A stretch of DNA of 64,000 nucleotides from Chamaesiphon sp. (lineage in GTDB: Bacteria; Cyanobacteriota; Cyanobacteriia; Cyanobacteriales; Chamaesiphonaceae): assembly GCA_965246715.1 (NCBI GenBank), contig CBDFFH010000034.1, positions 64,001 through 128,000 on the forward strand, given 5' to 3'. A model generated the notes under the pieces. The model saw only the letters and a list, made by a program, of their open reading frames with translations. It was not told where the DNA came from and ran no database searches. Within the stretch, counting starts at the first letter, position 1. Each line of letters begins with the position of its first letter. Of the stretch, positions 17,101-26,325 are shown one piece after another. Both the position numbers and the translations under genes were made by a program.

Positions 17101-18606
17101 ATGTCAGAACTTACATTGTCGCTACTCGATCCGAATACTTTATTACCCCATCGAGCGGGAATTGCCGGATTAGCACTAGCATTATCTGAGATCGATCCCC
17201 AGGATGCTCCATTAACTTGGAATGTCACTGAAGATGCTGTAAATCTAACTTGGGAAGGTACAGATAAAGATGCCATTCACTGGTTGCTAAATCAAACTTA
17301 TCAGATTCAGAATGGCTATCTCAATGTCCCCGCACTCAAACTCGATTTACAATCCCGATATACATTTACTGAAGGCGTAACGGTGACACTATTACAACAT
17401 AGCAAGCAGCGCAATCGCGAGAAAAATACCGTCTCTTTGAATTTTGCGATCGAAGATGGACAGCCAGAAATTAGATTAGAATTTCGTCCAGTGATTGACT
17501 GCTACTATACTCGCGACATTTCCGATGCTTTCGACAAAAAAGGTAACTTCAAAAAAGCGATCGCGCTTAAAGGTCATCATTTACCTGGATTAGTTGAATG
17601 TTTTGTCAACGGAGCGTATCAAGAATCACCAACTGGATTCCTATCGCTGCTATTTCTCCCCCTTGCTTGCAGCTATTACAAATTGCCTGGATTCCTCGCC
17701 GCCTTAGTAATTCCAGAAGTAATAAACCTGGTGGAATGGGTAGCACAAAGACAGGAATCTTCAGGGCAAATATTTCAACGGCTCAAAGCTCCCTACGCAG
17801 ACTTTCGATCGAGTGGTGCGGGAGAATCCGCTCTTCGCTTTCTATTGCGGCAAAAAGTTATCGCAGGCGCTAAATATCTACCGATTCGTTATTGCGAGGT
17901 GTATCAACTGGGGAAACAACCTTGGGATGGCAATCAATCTTATCTCAAACAAGCCGTATATCGCGTAGAGGTGAAGCCAGAAATTTTAGAGCTATATGAT
18001 ATTGCCGAACAACTATTCCCTGCGAAGATTCGCCTGACTGATAAAGGTGAAAGCTGGCTGGCAATTTCTAAAGTATTGCCCTGGATTTCGGAAAATTTAG
18101 TACGGGGGAAACCTTGGTATAGCGGATTTTATGAATTTTACAAACGCAACGATATCTACGAACGTAAAGGACTAGTGAAAATGACAAATCATCTCACATC
18201 AGACGAACAAATTTTATTTGATGCTATGCAAGGATCTTTTCGGATCTATTTACGTGGGCAAATTATTCAAGCTCAAAAGCAAGGACGTAAACCCGATTAT
18301 CCGCAAATAACCGATAAAGTAATCTATCGCTTGCAACGTCCGAGTACCCAACAAGAATTTGCCACAGCATTAGTCGATTTCTTGAGTCAGTTTCGGAGTA
18401 AAGCCGCTCGATCTGCTGGTAGCCAAATTTATGCGTGGATTCACCGCGAAGGTAACTGGAAACAGGCGAGAGATTTGGTATTACTGGCGATCGCAACTTA
18501 TGCCAGTAAGAAAGAAGATAGTCCCGATGGCGTGGAAATCTCGATCGAATCAAATCCCGATCTGGAAACTGAAAATTCACCAGAATTTGAGATGGATCTC
18601 TCATGA
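17101..18606 (+). CDS. cas8: Type I-B large subunit Cas8 (Cmx8/Cas8a1-like)
   Basis: HRAGIAGL N-terminal motif; located between cas3 and cas7. Confidence 0.85.
   Translation: MSELTLSLLDPNTLLPHRAGIAGLALALSEIDPQDAPLTWNVTEDAVNLTWEGTDKDAIHWLLNQTYQIQNGYLNVPALKLDLQSRYTFTEGVTVTLLQHSKQRNREKNTVSLNFAIEDGQPEIRLEFRPVIDCYYTRDISDAFDKKGNFKKAIALKGHHLPGLVECFVNGAYQESPTGFLSLLFLPLACSYYKLPGFLAALVIPEVINLVEWVAQRQESSGQIFQRLKAPYADFRSSGAGESALRFLLRQKVIAGAKYLPIRYCEVYQLGKQPWDGNQSYLKQAVYRVEVKPEILELYDIAEQLFPAKIRLTDKGESWLAISKVLPWISENLVRGKPWYSGFYEFYKRNDIYERKGLVKMTNHLTSDEQILFDAMQGSFRIYLRGQIIQAQKQGRKPDYPQITDKVIYRLQRPSTQQEFATALVDFLSQFRSKAARSAGSQIYAWIHREGNWKQARDLVLLAIATYASKKEDSPDGVEISIESNPDLETENSPEFEMDLS
18181..18606 (+). CDS. 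cas11: Probable Cas11 small subunit from an internal in-frame start in cas8 (141 aa)
   Basis: AAAGGA at 18166-18171 upstream of in-frame ATG 18181 (GTG 18175 also in frame); helical C-terminal domain. Confidence 0.6.
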   Translation: MTNHLTSDEQILFDAMQGSFRIYLRGQIIQAQKQGRKPDYPQITDKVIYRLQRPSTQQEFATALVDFLSQFRSKAARSAGSQIYAWIHREGNWKQARDLVLLAIATYASKKEDSPDGVEISIESNPDLETENSPEFEMDLS

Positions 18607-18622
18607 AAAATATTCACGACAT

Positions 18623-18705
18623 TGGTGCATTACTGCGGAGACTAACGCACTCTACAATCAACATTTATCTCGTAGGATGTGCAATCGCACCAGCGTAACG
18701 TACCA
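18623..18705. repeat. Degenerate REP-like pair in the cas8-cas7 gap
   Basis: TGGTGCATTAC...TAACGCACTCTAC and GTAGGATGTG...CGTAACGTACCA in inverted orientation with CTAC/GTAG feet. Confidence 0.45.
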
Positions 18706-18737
18706 TCATCAATCTTCAACCCTCAAACATAATTATC

Positions 18738-19598
18738 ATGTCTAAACATTTATTTGCGACCATTGTTACATCTACTGCTGTTGCTGCCAATAACCGAGGT
18801 GAAGGCGATGGTAGTACCTTATCTACCCTCCAAAAAATCACTCGCGGTAACGACCAATACACGACAATTAGTGCTGAAGCAATTCGCTGGGGGTTGCGAG
18901 AATATTTGCAAAATCATCATCCTGAATTAACTAATCGTACCTTCGATCCTGACAAGGATCTATACAACTTTAAAGATGAAGTATTTAGTGCCAAAAAATA
19001 TATCGATGACGATCTATTTGGGTTTATGGACGCAAAGAAGGGGGCAAATAATGAAAATGCTACTAAAAAGCGTCGGGGTGCATTAGAAGTAAGCCGTGCT
19101 ATGAGTCTCGATCCTTATTGGGGTGATATCGCCTTTGGATCTAAAGGTGGAGAAAAAAATAAAACTTCGATTCATAGCACCGAAATTCACTGTACTGCTT
19201 ATCAATATACGATCGCACTTACACCCGAAAGTTTACAAGATTCTCAACGTGCAGCATTAGTACTCGATGCTATTTCCGCCGTGCGTCATGTGGGGGGGAA
19301 TCATGCGCGATTCCTGTATGATTTCCGTCCAGAATCGATCGTTATTCGCGTAACTCAAGATCCTAGTCCGTGGATTATGGATAGTTTTAAACGGATGGGA
19401 GAATCGATCGGTTGTCCGAAATTATTGCGATTGGTTGAAGTTGGTGATGTCAATCCTCACGAACTAATTGTAGCTGGTGAAGTTGCCGATACATTATACG
19501 GTCAAAAGCTTGCAGAGGCGGGTGTAAAAGTATTGCGCGGAGTAAAAGAAGCGATTTCTACCGCTCAAGAATTTTTAAAAACCGAGGTGAAAGCATGA
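18738..19598 (+). CDS. cas7: Cas7 (DevR/Cst2 family)
   Basis: AANNRGEG, LQKI, ISAEAIRWGLR, DDDLFGFM, VGGNHARFLYDF. Confidence 0.93.
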   Translation: MSKHLFATIVTSTAVAANNRGEGDGSTLSTLQKITRGNDQYTTISAEAIRWGLREYLQNHHPELTNRTFDPDKDLYNFKDEVFSAKKYIDDDLFGFMDAKKGANNENATKKRRGALEVSRAMSLDPYWGDIAFGSKGGEKNKTSIHSTEIHCTAYQYTIALTPESLQDSQRAALVLDAISAVRHVGGNHARFLYDFRPESIVIRVTQDPSPWIMDSFKRMGESIGCPKLLRLVEVGDVNPHELIVAGEVADTLYGQKLAEAGVKVLRGVKEAISTAQEFLKTEVKA

Positions 19599-20326
19599 TG
19601 CAATTATATTTAGATTGCCCCTGTACGAGTTTTCCCCGCAGTTTTGCACGGGATTACAAGGAAACCTATCAATATCCGCCGCCATCGACAGTCTATGGAA
19701 TGCTATTATCGCTAGTCGGCGAGATCGATCTGATGGCACATATTGGTGTGAAAATTGCGATCGGGATTATCGGCGACAATCGGCCAATATCTAAAATCGT
19801 TCGCAAACAAAGGAACCATAAATACGATAACGGTGGAAGTGAACACAAGAAGCGAGTTGCTAAATATGGAGAACGAGTTTATCCATCACAGTTATTATCT
19901 AAACCCAATCATCAAGAATTACTTACCGATCTCCAATTCGTTGTCAGTATAAATTCTAGTGCAGAAACTGCTACGCTGAAATTAATCGATTCCCCAAAGG
20001 GGACGCTATGCGAACGCATTGCCGTCGCCTTAGCTACTCCCAGTCAAATTACCCGTTTTGGTGGGTTGAGTTTGGGCGAGTCTTGGTCGTTAATTAATGG
20101 TGTCAGAACATATCGCGAATCCGATGGCGATATTCGGTGGTTGGTGAAAGATAAGCGGGGTTTAATTGGTTTGCCAGTTTGGATCGATCGATCCACCACT
20201 CAGGGGACATTCCAACGATTTAGCATGGGTGAGTTTAGCGAAGATGCCTGGGTTTCTATCTCCCCGCCGATTTCAGTCACTCCCACCACATCACCTAAAG
20301 CTACTCGTAAACCGAAAGTCACCTGA
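19595..20326 (+). CDS. cas5: Cas5 (DevS/Cmx5 family)
   Basis: SFPRSFARDYKETY.YPPPSTVYGMLLSLVG, RFGGLSLGES; ATGA overlap with cas7. Confidence 0.92.
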   Translation: MMQLYLDCPCTSFPRSFARDYKETYQYPPPSTVYGMLLSLVGEIDLMAHIGVKIAIGIIGDNRPISKIVRKQRNHKYDNGGSEHKKRVAKYGERVYPSQLLSKPNHQELLTDLQFVVSINSSAETATLKLIDSPKGTLCERIAVALATPSQITRFGGLSLGESWSLINGVRTYRESDGDIRWLVKDKRGLIGLPVWIDRSTTQGTFQRFSMGEFSEDAWVSISPPISVTPTTSPKATRKPKVT

Positions 20327-20507
20327 AATTTTGCAAGGATCTCCGGCTGTGTCGGATCGATCGCCAGTCGAAATTCCTGTATCCGTTGCCAGCAATAAGT
20401 TTTAGCCTTTTTTATGACTTCGGAGATCCTTAGAAATAGGAATAGTGTAAGGAGAAGAGTGAGTCTCAAGAGTGCAATTATCATTGATGCCGTTAGGCGT
20501 TGAGCAC
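20322..20507 (+). CRISPR. Leader-like region plus solo CRISPR repeat
   Basis: GTGCAATTATCATTGATGCCGTTAGGCGTTGAGCAC at 20472-20507 (36 nt; 3' 23 nt match the array repeat except one base); upstream TGCAAGGATCTC..CTGTGTCG resembles the start of the main leader (23219-23241). Confidence 0.8.
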
Positions 20508-20557
20508 TGAGCGCGAATGTTAAAATACAATTGTCTCAACCACCGAGGTAAATAGCA

Positions 20558-21106
20558 ATGAGCGTTGTAACAGCCAAGTGGAGTTTACAAGATTATCACC
20601 AGATGATCGACACTGGAATATTGGACGATCGAAAAGTAGAATTACTCAGAGGAGAAATAATCGAAATGTCACCTGAAGGGGTCGCTCATTCCTCCTATTG
20701 TCGAGAGACAGGTAAGTATTTGCGCCGACTATTAGGAGATCGAGCCGATATTAGCGAAGCTCATCCGATCGTATTGCCAAATAATTCTGAACCAGAACCA
20801 GATCTGGCGATCGTCAGAATATCACCGACATTATATCGAGATCGACATCCCCAAGTTTCAGATATATTCTGGTTAATTGAAATTTCTAACTCTACGCTAG
20901 TTAAAGATTTGGGCATGAAAAAAGATATCTATGCCGATGCAGGAATTTTAGAATATTGGGTGATGGATTTACAAGCATCAGTGTTAATTGTCTTTCGAGA
21001 TCTGACCACAGATGGCTATCAGTCAGAAATGAGACTGAATAGTGGCACAATTTCCCCATTGGCTTTTCCCGATTTATCGATCGATGTCCAACAGTTATTT
21101 ACCTAA
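20558..21106 (+). CDS. Uma2/DUF820 family PD-(D/E)xK endonuclease-like protein
   Basis: VELLRGEIIEMSP, SEPEPDLAI, LIEISNSTL..D...K...YA.AGI.EYWV. Confidence 0.92.
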   Translation: MSVVTAKWSLQDYHQMIDTGILDDRKVELLRGEIIEMSPEGVAHSSYCRETGKYLRRLLGDRADISEAHPIVLPNNSEPEPDLAIVRISPTLYRDRHPQVSDIFWLIEISNSTLVKDLGMKKDIYADAGILEYWVMDLQASVLIVFRDLTTDGYQSEMRLNSGTISPLAFPDLSIDVQQLFT

Positions 21107-21140
21107 AATGATTTGGATTGACAAAATCGCTGACATCTTC

Positions 21141-21186
21141 AAAATCCCCGACTTCTTGAAGAAGTCGGGGATTTTTTCTTTTTTCT
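21141..21186 (+). terminator. Perfect hairpin with U-tract (terminator/REP-like)
   Basis: AAAATCCCCGACTTCTT-G-AAGAAGTCGGGGATTTT followed by T-runs. Confidence 0.75.
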
Positions 21187-21224
21187 AGGGCGGAAGCTAT
21201 TTTTCCGGGGTGGGTGAGTAAGGT
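21187..21224 (+). promoter_or_regulatory. Second copy of candidate WYL operator plus -10 box upstream of cas4-cas1
   Basis: AGGGCGGAAGCTATTTTTCCGGG 21187-21209; TAAGGT 21219-21224 at the same offset as in the WYL promoter. Confidence 0.7.
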
Positions 21225-21256
21225 AGAAGTATAAGTCTTTACTCACCACTTTTAGT

Positions 21257-22909
21257 ATGTACGCTCTCGCGCCTGACTCCAGTACGATTCGTGTTTCTGC
21301 ACTTCATGCGCTCGCATATTGTCCACGATTATTCTATCTCGAAGAAGTCGAAGAACTCTATACTCAAGATGCTGCCGTATTTGCAGGTAGAAGGCTCCAT
21401 GCGGAACTAGAAAAACAAGAAGATGAGGATTGGGAAGAATTATTTCTCGAAAGTACCGAACTTGGCATTAGAGGGAGAGTTGACGCGCTCCGTACTCGTG
21501 ATGGACTGACTATTCCCTACGAACATAAGCGGGGTAAATGTCATCGAGATAAAGACAAGCAGCCACTAGCATGGGAGAGCGATCGCATCCAAATTCTCGC
21601 TTATGCTTGCTTGTTAGAATCAGCACTTGGGATTGCGATCGAGGAAGGTAGAATTCGCTATCATGCCGATAATGTTTTAATCCATATTCCCGTTGATGAT
21701 GCGGGGCGAAAATTAGTCAAAGAGGCGATCGAAAGAGCCTTTCACCTGCGGACTTCGCCCAGTCGTCCGCCGATTACTGATAACGAGCGGTTGTGCGCGA
21801 GGTGTTCGCTTGCACCTGTCTGTTTGCCTGAAGAAGCGCGGTTAAATCACGATCGCGATTGGCAGCCTGTGCGGTTATTTCCTGAAGATGATACTCGCAC
21901 GATCTTACATATTCTCGAACCTGGTACTAGTGTTGGCAAAAAGGGCGAACAGATTAAAATCTCTCGGAAAAACCAACCGATCGAAACTATTGCCGCAACA
22001 CATGTCGGGCAGGTAGTTCTACATAGTTATTCACAGATTTCGACCCAGGCTTTATATTTTTGTGCAGCGCAAGATATTGGGGTGCATTTGGTTTCTGGCG
22101 GTGGACGTTATCTCGGTAGTTTCGATCCTCGTGGGGGCAGTATTCAGCGACGAATTGGGCAATATCGATCGCTTACTAATCCCGAATTTTGTCTGAGTCT
22201 AGCCCAGAAGTTAGTAACTTGTCGCGGACAGGGACAGCGGAAGTTGTTGATGCGCTATCAACGAGGTTTGAAGAGTGTACCGGATGAGTTGACGCAGGCA
22301 ATCAATCAGATGAAGAAGGTGCTCAAAGAGATTCCGACGGTTAAATCTTTGGAGTCACTTTTGGGTTATGAGGGGAATTTAGCTGCTTTGTATTTTGGTT
22401 GTCTAACTTATATTATTAACGATCGAGTCTCGCCGAGTTTACATTTCGATCGGCGCAATCGTCGTCCCCCCAAGGATCGCTTTAATGCGCTGTTGAGTTT
22501 TGGTTATGCGCTTCTGCTCAAGGATGTGATGAATAGCATCCTGATGGTGGGATTAGAACCCGCTTTGGGCTTTTATCATCAGCCGCGTACTCAGGCTCCA
22601 CCGTTGGCGTTAGATTTGATGGAAATTTTTCGGGTGCCGTTGGTAGATGCGATCGTGTTGAGTTCGATTAATCGCTTGCAGTGGGATGTGAGTGCTGATT
22701 TCACGATCTTGGGGCAGCAGGTGTGGTTGAGCGATGTGGGGAAAAAGAAGTTTGTCAAGCTGTATGAGAGTCGCAAGACGGAGACTTACAAACATCCGGT
22801 GCTGGATTATTCTCTCAGTTATCGGCGATTGTTGGAGTTGGAGGTGCGATTGCTGGAAAAAGAGTGGAATGGCGAAGGTGAGGCGTTTGCAAAGTTAATC
22901 ATTCGGTAA
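21257..22909 (+). CDS. cas1: Cas4-Cas1 fusion (Myxan type)
   Basis: Cas4: YCPR, GRVD, EHKRG, QILAY, CARCSLAPVC; Cas1: GYEG, RNRRPPKDRFNALLSFGY, GFYHQP, DLMEIFR. Confidence 0.93.
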   Translation: MYALAPDSSTIRVSALHALAYCPRLFYLEEVEELYTQDAAVFAGRRLHAELEKQEDEDWEELFLESTELGIRGRVDALRTRDGLTIPYEHKRGKCHRDKDKQPLAWESDRIQILAYACLLESALGIAIEEGRIRYHADNVLIHIPVDDAGRKLVKEAIERAFHLRTSPSRPPITDNERLCARCSLAPVCLPEEARLNHDRDWQPVRLFPEDDTRTILHILEPGTSVGKKGEQIKISRKNQPIETIAATHVGQVVLHSYSQISTQALYFCAAQDIGVHLVSGGGRYLGSFDPRGGSIQRRIGQYRSLTNPEFCLSLAQKLVTCRGQGQRKLLMRYQRGLKSVPDELTQAINQMKKVLKEIPTVKSLESLLGYEGNLAALYFGCLTYIINDRVSPSLHFDRRNRRPPKDRFNALLSFGYALLLKDVMNSILMVGLEPALGFYHQPRTQAPPLALDLMEIFRVPLVDAIVLSSINRLQWDVSADFTILGQQVWLSDVGKKKFVKLYESRKTETYKHPVLDYSLSYRRLLELEVRLLEKEWNGEGEAFAKLIIR

Positions 22910-22916
22910 GATAATC

Positions 22917-23210
22917 ATGGCAGAAATTAGGCATTGGTATTTGGTTTGTTATGATATTCGCTGTCCGAAGCGGTGGCGGAAGGCGTATAAGTTATTGGGT
23001 GGTTATGGGGAGCGGGTGCAATATTCGATTTTTCGATGTCGATTATCACAACGCGATCGGGAAAAATTAAGATGGGAGTTAGAACAGATTCTCACGGCTG
23101 ATGATAGTCTGCTGTTGGCGGGTTTGTGTCATCGCTGTGAGGAGCGGGTGCAAAAGTGCAATCGCTCTGGGGTGTGGGCGGAGAATCCACCGAGTTTTCA
23201 GGTAATCTAG
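22917..23210 (+). CDS. cas2: Cas2
   Basis: YLVCYDI, YGERVQYSIFRC. Confidence 0.95.
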   Translation: MAEIRHWYLVCYDIRCPKRWRKAYKLLGGYGERVQYSIFRCRLSQRDREKLRWELEQILTADDSLLLAGLCHRCEERVQKCNRSGVWAENPPSFQVI

Positions 23211-23480
23211 CCTGAAAGTGCAAGGATCTCTGTCTGTGTCGATCGAGTTTATGTTTAATTTTGCTCGATCGATGATGGTGTCTGGGTTTGCGGGTCGATC
23301 GTCTGTCGGGAGGTGCTTGCACGATTGCTAAGTCTAGTGATGGGTACAGTTTTTACCGATCGATCTCGATTTACAAAAGTGTCGTTTCAGCCTGTCTGGG
23401 CATACTCGATCGATCTTTGTGGTAGGATGCTTGCACAACCACTCAGGAGCCTCTTCCCCATAAGGGTTCTAGCTTCCGCC
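23211..23480 (+). promoter_or_regulatory. CRISPR leader
   Basis: Non-coding region between cas2 and the first repeat; TGCAAGGATCTC...GAGGTGCTTGCA...GGATGCTTGCA motifs; degenerate repeat lies at the far end of the array. Confidence 0.8.
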
Positions 23481-25931
23481 GTGACTATACCTGTGATGCC
23501 GTAAGGCGTTGAGCACTTTATCTGCTTGAAGTTATTTTTTGGGTAATGCGATGTGACTATACCTGTGATGCCGTAAGGCGTTGAGCACTTTCCAGCCGCA
23601 GAGGCTAGCGTCCCCTCAGCACTCGTGACTATACCTGTGATGCCGTAAGGCGTTGAGCACTGAACGCGATCTCCTAAGAGAGCGGGTGAATTCTGGTGAC
23701 TATACCTGTGATGCCGTAAGGCGTTGAGCACTAAGTCTTGCCATTCTTGACCTTGGTCGTACCTTCGTGACTATACCTGTGATGCCGTAAGGCGTTGAGC
23801 ACAGTGACATTTATTTTTTCTTGGTTGGTGTATGCAGGTGACTATACCTGTGATGCCGTAAGGCGTTGAGCACTGATTGGATCTGCGAGTGTCCGCAAGA
23901 GTGTCGAGTGACTATACCTGTGATGCCGTAAGGCGTTGAGCACCTCGGCAAAATGCGCCATTTCGTGAAAAACATCAGGTGACTATACCTGTGATGCCGT
24001 AAGGCGTTGAGCACGTTGAGATAGGATCTCAATTCCAGTTCGACAATTCGTGACTATACCTGTGATGCCGTAAGGCGTTGAGCACTCGATGTTAATCGTG
24101 CCAAATGCCACTTTTAACGCGTGACTATACCTGTGATGCCGTAAGGCGTTGAGCACTAGACCGCTGGTTAGCATGATGCGCAATATGAGCGTGACTATAC
24201 CTGTGATGCCGTAAGGCGTTGAGCACATGAGTAATTGTTGAGTTAGTTTAATCTGTCTAAGTGTGACTATACCTGTGATGCCGTAAGGCGTTGAGCACCT
24301 AGATCGATATCGCCAATTACCCCCTTCTTACTGATGTGACTATACCTGTGATGCCGTAAGGCGTTGAGCACACACGACGGCTAGTTTTATTTATGGGGAC
24401 GTGACGTGACTATACCTGTGATGCCGTAAGGCGTTGAGCACTATTCTTTGGATTCGGGATCGTCGCTTCCATCCTGTGACTATACCTGTGATGCCGTAAG
24501 GCGTTGAGCACAAGAACGCGATCGTGATTCTCTCCCCTACTATGGTGGTGACTATACCTGTGATGCCGTAAGGCGTTGAGCACCTTATTTTAATGCGACC
24601 CGTGGGTTTAAAATCACGTGACTATACCTGTGATGCCGTAAGGCGTTGAGCACCAAGTGCCGAGGGCACGCTATCATCTGCGGCTGGAGTGACTATACCT
24701 GTGATGCCGTAAGGCGTTGAGCACAGATCCACGTAATTTGCTTGATGAAGCGACACGGCAGTGACTATACCTGTGATGCCGTAAGGCGTTGAGCACGTAG
24801 GTAGCTAAACCAGCCATCATCATCCCAATAGTGACTATACCTGTGATGCCGTAAGGCGTTGAGCACGACTAATAAATAATGGCTAGCGATCGGCTCCAGC
24901 TGTGACTATACCTGTGATGCCGTAAGGCGTTGAGCACCCCAGAAAGATCGCCATGGAGAAATTCCATCGAGGTGACTATACCTGTGATGCCGTAAGGCGT
25001 TGAGCACCGGATGAGTGGAGAAAAGGAGCGTCACCGTGGATGTGACTATACCTGTGATGCCGTAAGGCGTTGAGCACCGGATGAGTGGAGAAAAGGAGCG
25101 TCACCGTGGATGTGACTATACCTGTGATGCCGTAAGGCGTTGAGCACCGGCGCGTGTTTATTAACCTCGCGGATAATTACTGGTGACTATACCTGTGATG
25201 CCGTAAGGCGTTGAGCACAGACTGTCGATGCGCAAGGCTACACCACTTGTCGGTGACTATACCTGTGATGCCGTAAGGCGTTGAGCACACTGAACTCTGC
25301 GATCGATACGGACTAGCGAGCTGGTGACTATACCTGTGATGCCGTAAGGCGTTGAGCACGATAGAGATTTGGAAAAAAGCTTTAAGGATAGATTACGAGT
25401 GACTATACCTGTGATGCCGTAAGGCGTTGAGCACACCAGTAGGCAGATTTGGGAAACCTTCGATCGGTGTGACTATACCTGTGATGCCGTAAGGCGTTGA
25501 GCACAAGGCTTAGGTGACATCGCCTGAAATATCGTTCAAGGTGACTATACCTGTGATGCCGTAAGGCGTTGAGCACGTATTAGCGGTATCGATCGCTTGT
25601 TGTAAAGCAAGATGTGACTATACCTGTGATGCCGTAAGGCGTTGAGCACATTTATTCGATGGGTGAATAAATCTAGTATGCAGGTGACTATACCTGTGAT
25701 GCCGTAAGGCGTTGAGCACACAAGTTAGGTATCGACCCTAAAGGTCTACTCAACGTGACTATACCTGTGATGCCGTAGGGCGTTGAGCACTTAACAGTGG
25801 CGATATTGTCTGCAAAGCAGGGTTGTGACTATACCTGTGATGCCGTAAGGCGTTGAGCACTTCTCAAGTAATAACTGTCGTCTTTGAGCTGCTTTGTGAC
25901 TATACCTGTGATACCGTAAAGCGTTGAGCGC
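23481..25931 (+). CRISPR. CRISPR array, 35 repeats / 34 spacers (34-39 nt)
   Basis: Repeat GTGACTATACCTGTGATGCCGTAAGGCGTTGAGCAC (36 nt); variant at 25755; degenerate terminal repeat 25896-25931; counted by hand. Confidence 0.98.
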
Positions 25932-26177
25932 ACACTAGATCGCTCTTTTGTTTCGATCGAGTCTGTCAGTCATAAATTTTGGGCGAAAACCGCTTGAATA
26001 CTTCGCTTGTAACTTCGCCTTGGTTAATCGTCAAGACTTTTTGATAACTGCTTTGAGTAAGTCTCGATCGATCTCTGCAATTCGATCGGCAGTCGATCCC
26101 CACTATTGCTAGATTAGAGAGCGAGATCGGTTATGATAGGAAGCAATGTAATGTAGACTCACGGAGATAGTTGAACG

Positions 26178-26297
26178 ATGGCAACGTTGAAGATCGTAGT
26201 TAATGTTGTAGTAGCAGTATTCCTGCTCGTATTTATCTTTGGCTTTTTATCCAATGACCCTTCTCGGAACCCCAACCGCCGCGATCTGTCTGAATAA
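26178..26297 (+). CDS. psbI: Photosystem II protein PsbI (39 aa, not in ORF track)
   Basis: [39 protein letters not shown]; [12 protein letters not shown] signature; GGAG RBS. Confidence 0.92.
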   Translation: MATLKIVVNVVVAVFLLVFIFGFLSNDPSRNPNRRDLSE

Positions 26298-26325
26298 TTA
26301 GGATTATTCGGACTAATAGCAAAAG

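Noticed and set aside
18603..18698. 31-aa ORF overlapping the cas8 stop (ATGA)
   Set aside because: It runs through a REP-like pair and has no recognisable features
23313..25359. ORFs within the leader and array (repeating CSTPYGITGIVT / LNALRHHRYSH)
   Set aside because: Translations of CRISPR repeats
12677..25931. Possible CRISPR-associated transposon (I-B CAST)
   Set aside because: No tnsA/B/C or tniQ genes or Tn7 ends seen; cas3 and the adaptation genes are intact
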